Origin: Vitreimonas sp.
Lineage (GTDB): Bacteria; Patescibacteriota; Microgenomatia; UBA1400; PJMF01
Assembly (NCBI GenBank): GCA_035627515.1
Contig: DASPLQ010000012.1
Coordinates: 199,269-263,268, forward strand
Reading direction: 5' to 3'
Length of the DNA stretch: 64,000 bases
Part shown: piece by piece, positions 8,344 to 17,845 of the stretch
Numbering within the stretch: position 1 is the first letter of the stretch
Layout of the letters: the number at the start of each line of letters is the position of its first letter
Notes under the pieces: model-generated
What the model was told of the DNA's origin: nothing
Database searches by the model: none
Seen by the model: only the letters and a program-made list of their open reading frames with translations
Translations under genes and position numbers: made by a program

Positions 8344-9150
8344 TTAAGAGGCAACCTTAAGTCCCTCTAAGTGTTGATATATGTAAGCTAAGCCAACCTG
8401 GGCACCAATTTCAGTGCGCCAATCAATTTGTTTAGCATCTAATACAATAATTGGCGGTCGCACCATACCACTTAACTCAGGTTTTTCAAACTCGGCGCGC
8501 AATTCATCTGGAACCTTATCTAAAGGAATCGCGGTCCCTAACTGAATCAAACGTTCATAATACTTAATTTGTTGTTCCCAATACTCACGCGGCACATCAA
8601 CTTCGCCCTTTCGAGTGGGATCATGTTTAGCTCGTTCTTTAATTCGCTCCATTTGAATGTCAACCCCTTCAGTTTCTTGGTCATCATTAAACATAGTAAT
8701 TATTAAAGCATGTGGCACGGGAGCTTTTTGAAATGTTTTTAAAACAAATTGCCAATACTTAAGATAGTTTTCCTCAGGGTTTTCTAGATGTCCATCTTTT
8801 TTTAAATTGATTTCATAAGGCACATGGTTAACCATCGAACCACCTTCGATAACGTGATAACCCCGCCGTAAGTCTCTTCTGGCCAACATACTTTGTAAAG
8901 CAGCATGTCGGGCAAATTCATCTTGGGAAACTTGAGCGAAAGGATTTGGTTTTATTCCTGATACTAAGGCCTGATAAAAGCCATTAAAATAGATGTTTAA
9001 AGATGGATCTAACTCTTCATACTTTATAGCTGGCCGATTAGTTTGTTGCTCCAGAACACGCCCCAAGGTACTAATTAAAGCGGTTTTTCCTGACCCTGTT
9101 GGTCCTGCCATCCATAAATGAAGCTTTTTATCTGGAGTTATCATAGACAT
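8344..9150 (-). CDS. Deoxynucleoside-kinase-like P-loop kinase
   Basis: AGPTGSGKT Walker A; ERIKERAK...E...EYW lid-like region; overlaps into tmk operon context. Confidence 0.6.
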   Translation of the reverse strand: MSMITPDKKLHLWMAGPTGSGKTALISTLGRVLEQQTNRPAIKYEELDPSLNIYFNGFYQALVSGIKPNPFAQVSQDEFARHAALQSMLARRDLRRGYHVIEGGSMVNHVPYEINLKKDGHLENPEENYLKYWQFVLKTFQKAPVPHALIITMFNDDQETEGVDIQMERIKERAKHDPTRKGEVDVPREYWEQQIKYYERLIQLGTAIPLDKVPDELRAEFEKPELSGMVRPPIIVLDAKQIDWRTEIGAQVGLAYIYQHLEGLKVAS

Positions 9151-9158
9151 TTCCTCAT

Positions 9159-9187
9159 AAAAAACTCTCGGCACTAGGCAGAGAGTG
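9159..9187 (-). terminator. Terminator-like hairpin between the MazG-like and dNK-like genes
   Basis: ACTCTCTGC-CTAGT-GCCGAGAGT followed by a T run. Confidence 0.5.
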
Positions 9188-9201
9188 AGTTAGTACTAAC
9201 T

Positions 9202-10581
9202 TTACCCCCCCGCTGCCAGCTGAGCAACTGGCGAACCTGAGTTACCTCTCTGAAACACCACCTGCTGCCGCAACTTGATAATTTTTTCTCCAGCATCAGT
9301 TACAGGCGGCATCTCTAACCCTGTGGTCCCACCCAGCTCAATTACTTTGGGTCGCGAAGCTGCTCCGTACTCCATCATTTCTTTCAGTCGCTCGATCAAC
9401 TTAGCTTCATCCGCAGGAGTGTACGCTAATTTCTCACCTTTCCGAAGTTTTTGCATGATCCACATCTCTGCTTCCCCCATAGCTGGTAACTGTATTTCTT
9501 TACCTTGCCGTTGATACCGCTCAGCAATTCGTTTTCCACGAGTAATAAGGCCCGGAATGTAATTAACTGTATCAGGCAACTGCTTACGACGATATGATTT
9601 TTGTAACAAGCGCTGAGCCTGATCTGGTTTAATACTCTCAATTCCACCCTCCAACACTCCTAAACCTGACCATAATCCCAAACGCATATAGCCATAGTGT
9701 AGTTCGTCATAAGGATGACGTTGATTATTACGTTCATTAACTGCTAAGGTGGGCAAAGACCACTCAATGTTGAGCGCTTTAGAAACCATGCCTAAATTTT
9801 TTAACACTTCAGTCAGAATACTTAGCCGCGTGGCCACAGTAAACTCACTAGCGGTATCTTTTAAATGCAGCTGTTTACTGCGTTCCTTAGCATCCATATC
9901 CCACTCCACTACGGCCAGCAAAGCCACTTTGCGACGCAGTTCCAACAAGAGTTGTTTATGTTTCTCTAAACCTTCTGGATTGCCAGGAATACTCAGTTTT
10001 TTCAACTCACGCATTTCTATGGAAGTATCACCTCTTTTGAGATAACCCGTTTCTTTCGCTTTGGGCATTTGGCGCAGACCCGCTTGATAAACTGTATGGT
10101 AATCAATATCCGAACGGCGGCGCAAAGTCTTAAAACTCGTCGTTGTATCGGTAGCATTGATCAATTGGGCAAAGGTAGTATTTTTTTCTGTGCTCTCAGC
10201 ATCTAAGCCCGTCAGCGCCCATTGCTCATGACTCAAGCCATCTTTCCATAGAGCAGCTCCATCAACCTGGACGTGCATTAGATAATCCATAAGCAAATGG
10301 ATGACATCCCCAAACTCGAGTGCCATTTTTTCGTACCCTTTGATGAAGGTTTCGAAAGAGGTTTGGGAGGACAACAACGTCATCAGCTCCACATAGGATC
10401 CAATGAACTCATCTACTTCTCGCATCATGCACCAGGCTAAAGTGCCGTGACTGTCGCGACCACCATAATCATCGCGATTAAGAGCAAAGGCGTTAATACG
10501 TTCGCGCACGGGCAAAAAAGTAATATGAGCATCATCAAAGTAGGTATAAAGCGGAGATGTTTCTGGAGGCTGTATGGCCAT
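9202..10581 (-). CDS. Large protein with N-terminal MazG-like (all-alpha NTP pyrophosphatase) motif
   Basis: REVDEF...LEFGDV fits ExxE...ExxD; remainder unrecognised; start codon uncertain. Confidence 0.5.
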   Translation of the reverse strand: MAIQPPETSPLYTYFDDAHITFLPVRERINAFALNRDDYGGRDSHGTLAWCMMREVDEFIGSYVELMTLLSSQTSFETFIKGYEKMALEFGDVIHLLMDYLMHVQVDGAALWKDGLSHEQWALTGLDAESTEKNTTFAQLINATDTTTSFKTLRRRSDIDYHTVYQAGLRQMPKAKETGYLKRGDTSIEMRELKKLSIPGNPEGLEKHKQLLLELRRKVALLAVVEWDMDAKERSKQLHLKDTASEFTVATRLSILTEVLKNLGMVSKALNIEWSLPTLAVNERNNQRHPYDELHYGYMRLGLWSGLGVLEGGIESIKPDQAQRLLQKSYRRKQLPDTVNYIPGLITRGKRIAERYQRQGKEIQLPAMGEAEMWIMQKLRKGEKLAYTPADEAKLIERLKEMMEYGAASRPKVIELGGTTGLEMPPVTDAGEKIIKLRQQVVFQRGNSGSPVAQLAAGG

Positions 10582-10798
10582 AAGCAAACTTCTTATAGCT
10601 GACACTAGTTTCATTAACTCTACGCATCCGCTACCCCAAATACAACCACACAAACTGGATCAAAAACACAAGATGTTGTGGTTAAAAAGCGGAGTCAAAA
10701 CTAGATTTGGTAAAGTTTATTTTTATTTAAGATTGTTCGGTCAACACAAACAAACGAAACTGAATAACGCTCTGCTATAATATAGGCTATTCTCACCT

Positions 10799-11455
10799 AT
10801 GACACACACCCCCACTCTTCCCAACCCCAATGACTTAAATCTCAACCGTGATCTAGAATTTTTATATGAGATTGGTTGTTTGCGTCATATTCAACGCACT
10901 TGGCGCCAATTTTTGAATCCTGATTTTCAAAACCTCAGTGAGCATATGTTGCGCGTGGTGTGGATCAGTTTAGTGCTGGCAAAATATGAAGGCGTTACTA
11001 ACACCGAGAAAATTATGAAGATGGCGATTATTCATGACCTCTCCGAAAGCCGCTCAGTTGACTCTCACTATGTCTCCCGCCAATATGTGGAGCGCTTCGA
11101 AGAAGAAGCCCTCGAAGACACGTTGGAAGGCACCGCTGTCCGCGATGAGTTCATGGCTATTTGGAAAGAGTATGAAGAGCGTGAATGTATCGAAGCTAAA
11201 ATTGTCAAAGATGCTGACACCCTCGATGTAGACATGGAACTTAAAGAGCAAGAATATCGAGGTTTGCGCCTCGGCGAAGATACCTTGGCTGGCCGCATGT
11301 ACGTGGCTCAAGAAAAACTCTACACCGATACCGCCCGCGAGTTGTTCTACATGATTCAGGAATCCAACCCTAACGACTGGCATCTCAAAGGCAAAAACCG
11401 CTTTACCAGTGGTGATTGGCGCAAGGCTAAACCAGAAAAGAAATCAGCTGCTTAA
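10799..11455 (+). CDS. HD-domain 5'-deoxynucleotidase (YfbR/HDDC2-like)
   Basis: QNLSEHMLRV, AIIHDLSE, VKDADTLD. Confidence 0.85.
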   Translation: MTHTPTLPNPNDLNLNRDLEFLYEIGCLRHIQRTWRQFLNPDFQNLSEHMLRVVWISLVLAKYEGVTNTEKIMKMAIIHDLSESRSVDSHYVSRQYVERFEEEALEDTLEGTAVRDEFMAIWKEYEERECIEAKIVKDADTLDVDMELKEQEYRGLRLGEDTLAGRMYVAQEKLYTDTARELFYMIQESNPNDWHLKGKNRFTSGDWRKAKPEKKSAA

Positions 11456-12084
11456 ACTTCTGGTGGTAGCTGACCCTGGTGTTGCTGATAATCAAGAATC
11501 CACTCAGTCAATTGATCACGATTAATTAACTCCATATTAGTTTCCCGCGCTAACTCAATTGCCGCGGCTGAAAAATAACTGTTCGTAATCACTACTGCTC
11601 GTTGCTTGTGATAGTAATCTCGTCCACCCGTCGCCTGATACAGCGCCTCCACGCCCACAAAGCCCTTGTAGCGTTTTACCTGTGCGGCGTAGGTGGTAGT
11701 TTCATCCCGGTACAACACATCGACACCAAAATCTTGCGCGGCGGCGGTGACGGTGACATCGTAATAACCTCGATCCCGCAGCACCGCTGCCACATAATGC
11801 TCAAACTCGTAGCCGGTCATGGTATCAATATCGGCTAGCTGTAGAGCGCGATGGCGTAAATGCTGATGACGCCAAATGAAATACAGCACACTGCTGCCTG
11901 TAATTAAAGCCATCACCACCAGAAAAACCGTTAAAACTTGTAATGGCACTGACAATTGACCTAGCTGTGAAAACCCTAAACCGATCAAAATAATAACTAA
12001 ACAAAACAAAATTTGTACCGTGCTCAAAGCCGGACCAGGGCGATACTTACGGGAGCGGCTGGAATATGAACGGGATTTAGCCAT
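11452..12084 (-). CDS. Membrane-anchored Mrr-family restriction endonuclease
   Basis: Two N-terminal TM helices; MTGYEFEH, DFGVD, AQVKRY, TNSYFS. Confidence 0.8.
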   Translation of the reverse strand: MAKSRSYSSRSRKYRPGPALSTVQILFCLVIILIGLGFSQLGQLSVPLQVLTVFLVVMALITGSSVLYFIWRHQHLRHRALQLADIDTMTGYEFEHYVAAVLRDRGYYDVTVTAAAQDFGVDVLYRDETTTYAAQVKRYKGFVGVEALYQATGGRDYYHKQRAVVITNSYFSAAAIELARETNMELINRDQLTEWILDYQQHQGQLPPEV

Positions 12085-12156
12085 AATCGTATTTTACTTG
12101 GGATTTATTGCCTACACACTACTGGATTATGAGCGTGCAGTTTCTTCTGCGCTTAC

Positions 12157-12236
12157 TACTGCAAAAGTCCCCCTGGAAACGTTACAAAACGTACATTTCG
12201 TACATAATGAACACTGTCCAGGCTCACTTCTGTATA
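12157..12236. repeat. Dispersed palindromic element, copy 1
   Basis: Aligns with 47717-47811; imperfect terminal inverted repeats. Confidence 0.7.
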
Positions 12237-12263
12237 GATGTCAAATCAAGGACAAGTTTCTTA

Positions 12264-12755
12264 CTACTTTAGCCAGTACCCCCACAAATAATAATCATCC
12301 CCATGCCAATGGTTTTTCAACTCTGCTTCCTTGGTAAAGCCTAATTTTTCTAAAATAACAATCCCGCCTTCATTTTTGACATTAGTATCGCACCACACTT
12401 TATGAATATGAGGATAGTGCTGACGCAAATGTTCAAAAGTGAACTCATGCATTTGGCGGCCAATGCCTTGACCTTGATGTATTTCTAACACCCCAGTCAA
12501 ATGAAGATACAGCGTACCCGAATCAAACTTAGCGACGCGTGCAGCCACTATATTTCCCTCCAGCTTTCCAGCAATCAAAAGATAACTTCCACTAACTAAC
12601 TTTTCCTTGATAACAGCTTCTGTTAACTCAGCCGCTTCCTCTTTTTTTGCCGCTTCCTTATACAAATGCTGCAAACTTTGCCAAACTGTCACTAATACCT
12701 GGGTAAATTCAGGAACATCTTCAGGAGTAATCGGAGCAAACTCAACAGTTCTCAT
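12264..12755 (-). CDS. GNAT N-acetyltransferase
   Basis: HQGQGIGR motif A; N...LEKLGF. Confidence 0.88.
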   Translation of the reverse strand: MRTVEFAPITPEDVPEFTQVLVTVWQSLQHLYKEAAKKEEAAELTEAVIKEKLVSGSYLLIAGKLEGNIVAARVAKFDSGTLYLHLTGVLEIHQGQGIGRQMHEFTFEHLRQHYPHIHKVWCDTNVKNEGGIVILEKLGFTKEAELKNHWHGDDYYLWGYWLK

Positions 12756-12757
12756 AT

Positions 12758-13273
12758 CTACACCACATCATATTCCAACAACAACGTTTGCTCGCCCAGT
12801 TTTTGTTGAGACACCAGCTGCAATTTTACATCCAAAGCATCATTAAATAACTTCACACCCTGGCCAAAAATCACGGGTTCCACCGATAGATACAATTTAT
12901 TGACCACCCCTGCCTTCATAAACTGAGTGTAAATTGAGGAGCCCCCACAGATAGCTAACTCCTCTACTCCTTCTGCCTCCAAACGTTTGACAAGTTCCTG
13001 AGGTGATTCATTTGTCGGTTGGGTAGTAATTATTTCTGGTTTAGGGTTAATAAATTCGTTTGGCTTGCTTGTATAAATGTAAAAAGTGAGGCCACGGGGA
13101 AATTTGCTAAAAGTCCCAAAGGTGGTGGAACCCATCACCACATGTTTGGCGCGCTTAATACTGTCCACATAAAAGCGCTTATCTTCTTGGCTGGTCCACT
13201 CAAATGAGCGGTGCGTGCTGCTGCCACCAATACAACCATCCATACTGATCGCGGCAATTAAAAAGACTGTCAT
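12758..13273 (-). CDS. Dihydrofolate reductase family protein, probably the ThyA partner
   Basis: AAISMDGCIG, VMGSTTF, ICGGSSIY. Confidence 0.85.
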   Translation of the reverse strand: MTVFLIAAISMDGCIGGSSTHRSFEWTSQEDKRFYVDSIKRAKHVVMGSTTFGTFSKFPRGLTFYIYTSKPNEFINPKPEIITTQPTNESPQELVKRLEAEGVEELAICGGSSIYTQFMKAGVVNKLYLSVEPVIFGQGVKLFNDALDVKLQLVSQQKLGEQTLLLEYDVV

Positions 13274-13408
13274 AGGTGTATCCTAACATGATCACTTTAT
13301 GCTCTGTTGACAGAAAAAGCTGTTCTTAAAGCAGTTTAAAACTACCCTCTGCCATGCAAGGTTAAGTAAAGAATACTAGTTATAATAAAGTATAAGGAGA
13401 ATTACCTT

Positions 13409-13648
13409 ATGACTAAAAAAGACCTGCAACAAATTACCAATATCCTCATTGGTGACGAGTATACTAATCATTTGAAAAGCATTTTCGTGACTAAAGAAGA
13501 GTTTATAACTCGCTTCGATACGGTCATCAATGAACTTAAAGGTATTCGTGAGGAAATTACTATTCTCGCTCACCACTCTCAGGAATATTATGATCAATTG
13601 GAAAATCATGAACACCGATTGAGAACGTGTGAACAAAAGCTCGCCTAA
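13409..13648 (+). CDS. Small coiled-coil hypothetical protein
   Basis: AAGGAG RBS; heptad pattern ending ENHEHRL. Confidence 0.65.
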   Translation: MTKKDLQQITNILIGDEYTNHLKSIFVTKEEFITRFDTVINELKGIREEITILAHHSQEYYDQLENHEHRLRTCEQKLA

Positions 13649-13738
13649 TTTTTTCAACCCTTGCCGAGTCTAAACGCGCTTGTTACAGTAAGAGCAGTTT
13701 AGTCACTCATTTCCCGTGTCATAAAGTAGGAAGGTTGT

Positions 13739-14437
13739 ATGAATCAAGTTACTGATCATTTTGAAATTGAAATTAAAAGTTTACTGGGAACAGCAGACAA
13801 AGCAGAGGCTTTGCGATCACAGTTGCACGCCCGCTACCCGAGTCTAAAACAAGTCGAAGATAGCTCACAACTCAATCATTATTTTGTCGGCAATGATGAC
13901 AATTTACCTTTTTTAATCGAGAAAATTTCGTCACATATTTCGACAAAAGACCAACAAAAACTTCAAACTATGATTGGCAAAGCTCGCAAAGCTTCCGTTC
14001 GCACGCGCCTCCTGAACGATACGGTGATTCTAGTAATTAAAGCTTCTATCGATGACACCACCAGTTCTAATGGGATTGCGCGCCTCGAATTTGAAGCGAC
14101 AACTCCTGATTTATCAATTGATGAGCTTGATCAACTAGTTCTTTCTGCTGGCTATGAGTATCAGGCTAAATGGTCACGCGCCCGTCAAGCTTACCAACTC
14201 GATAACGATACCACTGTCTCGATCGATAAAAATGCGGGTTACGGCTACTTAGCTGAGTTTGAAAAAGTTGTCCACTCTGCTGACGCTGCCGATGCCACTC
14301 AAACTGAACTAAGAGAGTTGATGGCAGAACTGGGTGCAGCGGAGTTAGCACAAGACCGCTTAGAGCGCATGTTTGCTTATTACAATGAACATTGGCCCGA
14401 GTATTACGGAACCGAGAAAACCTTCAGTATTGAATAA
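13739..14437 (+). CDS. CYTH-domain (triphosphate tunnel) protein
   Basis: N-terminal EIEIK (ExExK), YLAEFEK. Confidence 0.75.
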   Translation: MNQVTDHFEIEIKSLLGTADKAEALRSQLHARYPSLKQVEDSSQLNHYFVGNDDNLPFLIEKISSHISTKDQQKLQTMIGKARKASVRTRLLNDTVILVIKASIDDTTSSNGIARLEFEATTPDLSIDELDQLVLSAGYEYQAKWSRARQAYQLDNDTTVSIDKNAGYGYLAEFEKVVHSADAADATQTELRELMAELGAAELAQDRLERMFAYYNEHWPEYYGTEKTFSIE

Positions 14438-14449
14438 AAAGGAGTATGT

Positions 14450-15004
14450 ATGTTTTTATCTGACCTCGATATCAAAAAAGCTTTAACTGATGGTGACATT
14501 ACCATCAAAGACTTTGATGAAAAGCGCCTCCAACCTGCCAGTTATGACATTTTATTAGGACATAAATTTATCGTCACTGAACCCCACTCTACTCAATATA
14601 TTGATCCTGTGAAAGGCATTTTTTCTAAAACGCGGGAAATTATTTTACAAGATGATGAGCAGTTTGTGCTCCACCCCGGTGTCAGCTTACTGGGCACGAC
14701 TTGGGATTATGTGGGTAGCAAAGGTGATTACCTAATTCATATCTCTGGCAAAAGTAGTTTGGCCCGTATCGGACTAATTGTCCACAACACTGCCGGTATC
14801 GTGAACCCCGGTCACTACCTGCACATTACTTTGGAGTTGGCTAATTTAAATAACGTCCCCATTATTTTGCGTCCCAAAATGGAAATTGCACAGTTGTTAT
14901 TCTCTAAGTTGACGCGAGCCGTCAGTCGCGACTACAGCCAAACTGGTCGCTACGGCCATGGTGAGGACAACTGGGCAGGCATTAAGCCAGCCAAGAAAAA
15001 GTAA
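14450..15004 (+). CDS. dcd: dCTP deaminase
   Basis: LQPASYD, GKSSLARIGL, ITLELAN, IAQL. Confidence 0.93.
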   Translation: MFLSDLDIKKALTDGDITIKDFDEKRLQPASYDILLGHKFIVTEPHSTQYIDPVKGIFSKTREIILQDDEQFVLHPGVSLLGTTWDYVGSKGDYLIHISGKSSLARIGLIVHNTAGIVNPGHYLHITLELANLNNVPIILRPKMEIAQLLFSKLTRAVSRDYSQTGRYGHGEDNWAGIKPAKKK

Positions 15005-15010
15005 TTTTTT

Positions 15011-15259
15011 ATGAGTCGAAAAGGCATTCTTTTTGGCCTGATCCTGCTAGCCGCAGTCTTTGCGCCCTTATGGTTCAAAATGGTGGTGGCCGGTAAAGGA
15101 TTGATTGGCGTGCTAGGCGTTACTTTCTTTGGCCTGATTGCCTTGGGTGGCGGCGCGGTGGGAATTATCATCACCTTTGTGATGTACTGGCTGATCGCAA
15201 AAAAATCAGAACAAGCCATTCGCGAGTACGAAGCTAAACAAAAATTAAAAAAGCCTTAG
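15011..15259 (+). CDS. Small membrane protein
   Basis: Hydrophobic 82-aa ORF immediately after dcd. Confidence 0.6.
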   Translation: MSRKGILFGLILLAAVFAPLWFKMVVAGKGLIGVLGVTFFGLIALGGGAVGIIITFVMYWLIAKKSEQAIREYEAKQKLKKP

Positions 15260-15279
15260 TTGTAATGTAAGCCCACTCC

Positions 15280-15501
15280 ATGATTTCGCGCCCTGTCCGA
15301 GCTCTTATTATTTACCTTATTTTTGTTACCCTCACTTCTTTGTCCTCTCTGGAAGCGGGAATTGTTTGGTGGGAGTTGCTCGGAACACATCTCTTCTTTT
15401 TAAGTGCGATGCTGTTGCTGGCCTTGAAGAAAGCTATGATTACGTTTCTTTTTGATTCCGTTGTGGAGTTTATACACAAAGTGTTTTCCAGAAAAAATTA
15501 G
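15280..15501 (+). CDS. Small membrane protein
   Basis: Hydrophobic 73-aa ORF between dcd and thyA. Confidence 0.5.
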   Translation: MISRPVRALIIYLIFVTLTSLSSLEAGIVWWELLGTHLFFLSAMLLLALKKAMITFLFDSVVEFIHKVFSRKN

Positions 15502-15577
15502 GTTAGATACCTTCATTTGAGCGACATCAAAAATCCCTCTTGCCTGTTTGAGTCCTCACGACTAGGATGAACAACAT

Positions 15578-16582
15578 ATGACAGCTTCATCTTCTTCTCA
15601 ACATCCTGAGTTTCAATACCTGAACTTACTGCGTGACATCATGGAGACAGGTTTTGAGAAGCATGAGTTTAATAGTGGCATTGCCCTAAAAAGTGTTTTT
15701 GGCCGGATGATGCGCTACGATTTGTCACAAGGTTTTCCCCTCTTAACCACCAAAAAAGTGTTCCTCAAAGGTATTATTCATGAGTTAATTTGGTTTTTAA
15801 AAGGTGACGCCAACATCAAGTATTTGGTAGATAACAACGTCCATATTTGGGATGATTGGGCTTTTAAAGAATATGCCAAGGCTGCCAAAGCTGGTGAACA
15901 ACCTGAACTGACTCAGGTAGAGTTCGTGGCCAAAATTAAAGATGAGGCGGGGTTCGCTGCCAAGTGGGGTGAGTTAGGACCCGTGTATGGTCGTCAATGG
16001 CGCCGCTGGCCAGCCGCTGATGGTCGCGAGATCGACCAACTTACGTGGGCAATCGAAAAAGTGCGTAAATACCCTGATCGTAAACACACGGTGGTTTCTG
16101 CCTGGAATCCTGAATACATTTATGAAATGGCTGCACCTGGCACCTCGATGGCCATTCCTCCCTGCCACACTATGTTCCAACTAAATGTAATTGATGGCAA
16201 GTTATCACTGGCTTTGTTCCAGCGCAGTGCTGATATGTTCTTAGGCATCCCCTTTAACATCGCTAGTTATGCACTCTTAACTATCATCATCGCTCAGGTT
16301 ACAGGTTATGAACCCGGTGAGTTTGTCCACATGGTCGGTGACGCTCATATTTACAGCAACCACTATGACCAAGTTCGTGAACAAATCAGCCGTGAGCCAC
16401 GCCCCTTCCCCACCATTAAAATTAATCCCGCCAAGAAAAACATCGATGACTTTGTGTTTGAAGACTTCGAGATCGTAGGCTACGATCCTCATCCTCCTAT
16501 CAAAGGTGAGATCACCGTGGTCGGTGGCTTCAAAGAAGAAGATCGCAAGAAGTTTGTGAAAGATAAGAAGAAGGCTAAGTAA
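15578..16582 (+). CDS. thyA: Thymidylate synthase
   Basis: FPLLTTK, PPCH, QRSADMFLGIPFN, HIY. Confidence 0.97.
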   Translation: MTASSSSQHPEFQYLNLLRDIMETGFEKHEFNSGIALKSVFGRMMRYDLSQGFPLLTTKKVFLKGIIHELIWFLKGDANIKYLVDNNVHIWDDWAFKEYAKAAKAGEQPELTQVEFVAKIKDEAGFAAKWGELGPVYGRQWRRWPAADGREIDQLTWAIEKVRKYPDRKHTVVSAWNPEYIYEMAAPGTSMAIPPCHTMFQLNVIDGKLSLALFQRSADMFLGIPFNIASYALLTIIIAQVTGYEPGEFVHMVGDAHIYSNHYDQVREQISREPRPFPTIKINPAKKNIDDFVFEDFEIVGYDPHPPIKGEITVVGGFKEEDRKKFVKDKKKAK

Positions 16583-16584
16583 AG

Positions 16585-16755
16585 TTACAACACCCGCTTT
16601 TTACCTTCAAACGGCTCAGTTTTAATGGGGCCACGGAATAACCTGCGCAGATACTTGTAAATACCGAGGATTATCGTCATGACAGGTTCAACTGCTGCCA
16701 TCAACGCGGCAAAGAGAGCTAATACTAAAACGAGTACAGCGATCAGCGTTGACAT
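16585..16755 (-). CDS. Small membrane protein
   Basis: GAGGAG RBS, single hydrophobic segment. Confidence 0.45.
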   Translation of the reverse strand: MSTLIAVLVLVLALFAALMAAVEPVMTIILGIYKYLRRLFRGPIKTEPFEGKKRVL

Positions 16756-16769
16756 ACAAGGTCTCCTCA

Positions 16770-16808
16770 TCCGCTAGCTGGCGGAGTTAATTACTTAAAT
16801 ACCTAATT
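16770..16808. repeat. Short GC palindrome TCCGCTAGCTGGCGGA plus 8-bp periodic AT tail (REP-like, copy 2)
   Basis: Near match at 1559-1574. Confidence 0.4.
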
Positions 16809-17829
16809 ATTTTTTTACTTTCTCGAGTATATCATCTGCGATGACAGGGCCAAAATTACGGAAGTGACGGATAAATCCTTCATCAGCAATAAGTTTGCCA
16901 AGTGTGCCGGCAAAATATAATCCAGACTGACGACGTGATTGGTGATGCTCATCTAAATCTAGTAACCAGTCATGACCATCTTCGTGGGTACCGACATAGT
17001 TTTTGACGGTCTCAATGGTGGGCAAAAAGCCAATACACACAATCGGCTTAGTAGTTGAAGTCACACTTTCACCTGTGGTGCTAATTAACCGATAGCCTTC
17101 CTCAGCCTTTTCAATTTTCGCAGCCCGAAAGTTCTCTTTAATTTTTACTAAACCTTGCTTTTCTAAATCTTTAATAAACTTCATATTCTCTTTCCACAAA
17201 CAATCGATCGGCTCAGGTATGGTGTACTCATGCGTAGCGATCATCGTCACCACTCGGCCGGGTTGGGCTAAGGCCATCACTACCCCACTGGCCCCATTAG
17301 CACTCCCCACTACGGTCACTTCTGAATCTGTGATTTGAGTGTAATCTTTAATCCGCGCATAATGCACATAGTACTCTTCACCCTCGAGACTTTCGTTGGG
17401 AGTAGTAAACATACCCGCAGCCCAAATCAAAAACTGAGCCGTGAATACCTCGCCGCTCTCGGTAGTAATGGTAAACTGAGATTGCTCTTCACTCCACTCT
17501 ACCTTGACCACACAAGTGTGAGGTAAAACCTGCAGTTTTTTTTGCTCCACTACCGTCCGTAAGTACTTTTGATATGCCAAGTGACTAGGATGTGGGACGT
17601 TAGGCATCACGTCAGCCATCTTGAGATCTGCAATCATATTATCGTCATTAGCTTCACTACTTTCCGATAATAAATGGGTCTCAGCAGGATAATCTAACCA
17701 CGCTTGGCCAATCTCACCTTTTTCAATTACCAGCACGTCATCAATGCCTCGGTCTTTCAAAGCCGCGGCCGCGGTCAAACCACCGGGGCCGGCCCCCACT
17801 ACGATGGCTGTAAAATGTGTCTGATTCAT
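16807..17829 (-). CDS. FAD/NAD(P)-dependent oxidoreductase (YpdA/CzcO-like)
   Basis: VVGAGPGGL Rossmann motif, WAAG, GLYFAG. Confidence 0.8.
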   Translation of the reverse strand: MNQTHFTAIVVGAGPGGLTAAAALKDRGIDDVLVIEKGEIGQAWLDYPAETHLLSESSEANDDNMIADLKMADVMPNVPHPSHLAYQKYLRTVVEQKKLQVLPHTCVVKVEWSEEQSQFTITTESGEVFTAQFLIWAAGMFTTPNESLEGEEYYVHYARIKDYTQITDSEVTVVGSANGASGVVMALAQPGRVVTMIATHEYTIPEPIDCLWKENMKFIKDLEKQGLVKIKENFRAAKIEKAEEGYRLISTTGESVTSTTKPIVCIGFLPTIETVKNYVGTHEDGHDWLLDLDEHHQSRRQSGLYFAGTLGKLIADEGFIRHFRNFGPVIADDILEKVKK

Positions 17830-17845
17830 GTTTACCTTAATTACT

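Noticed and set aside
12020-12337. 105-aa plus-strand ORF across the palindromic element
   Set aside because: Overlaps two real minus-strand genes and has no motif support
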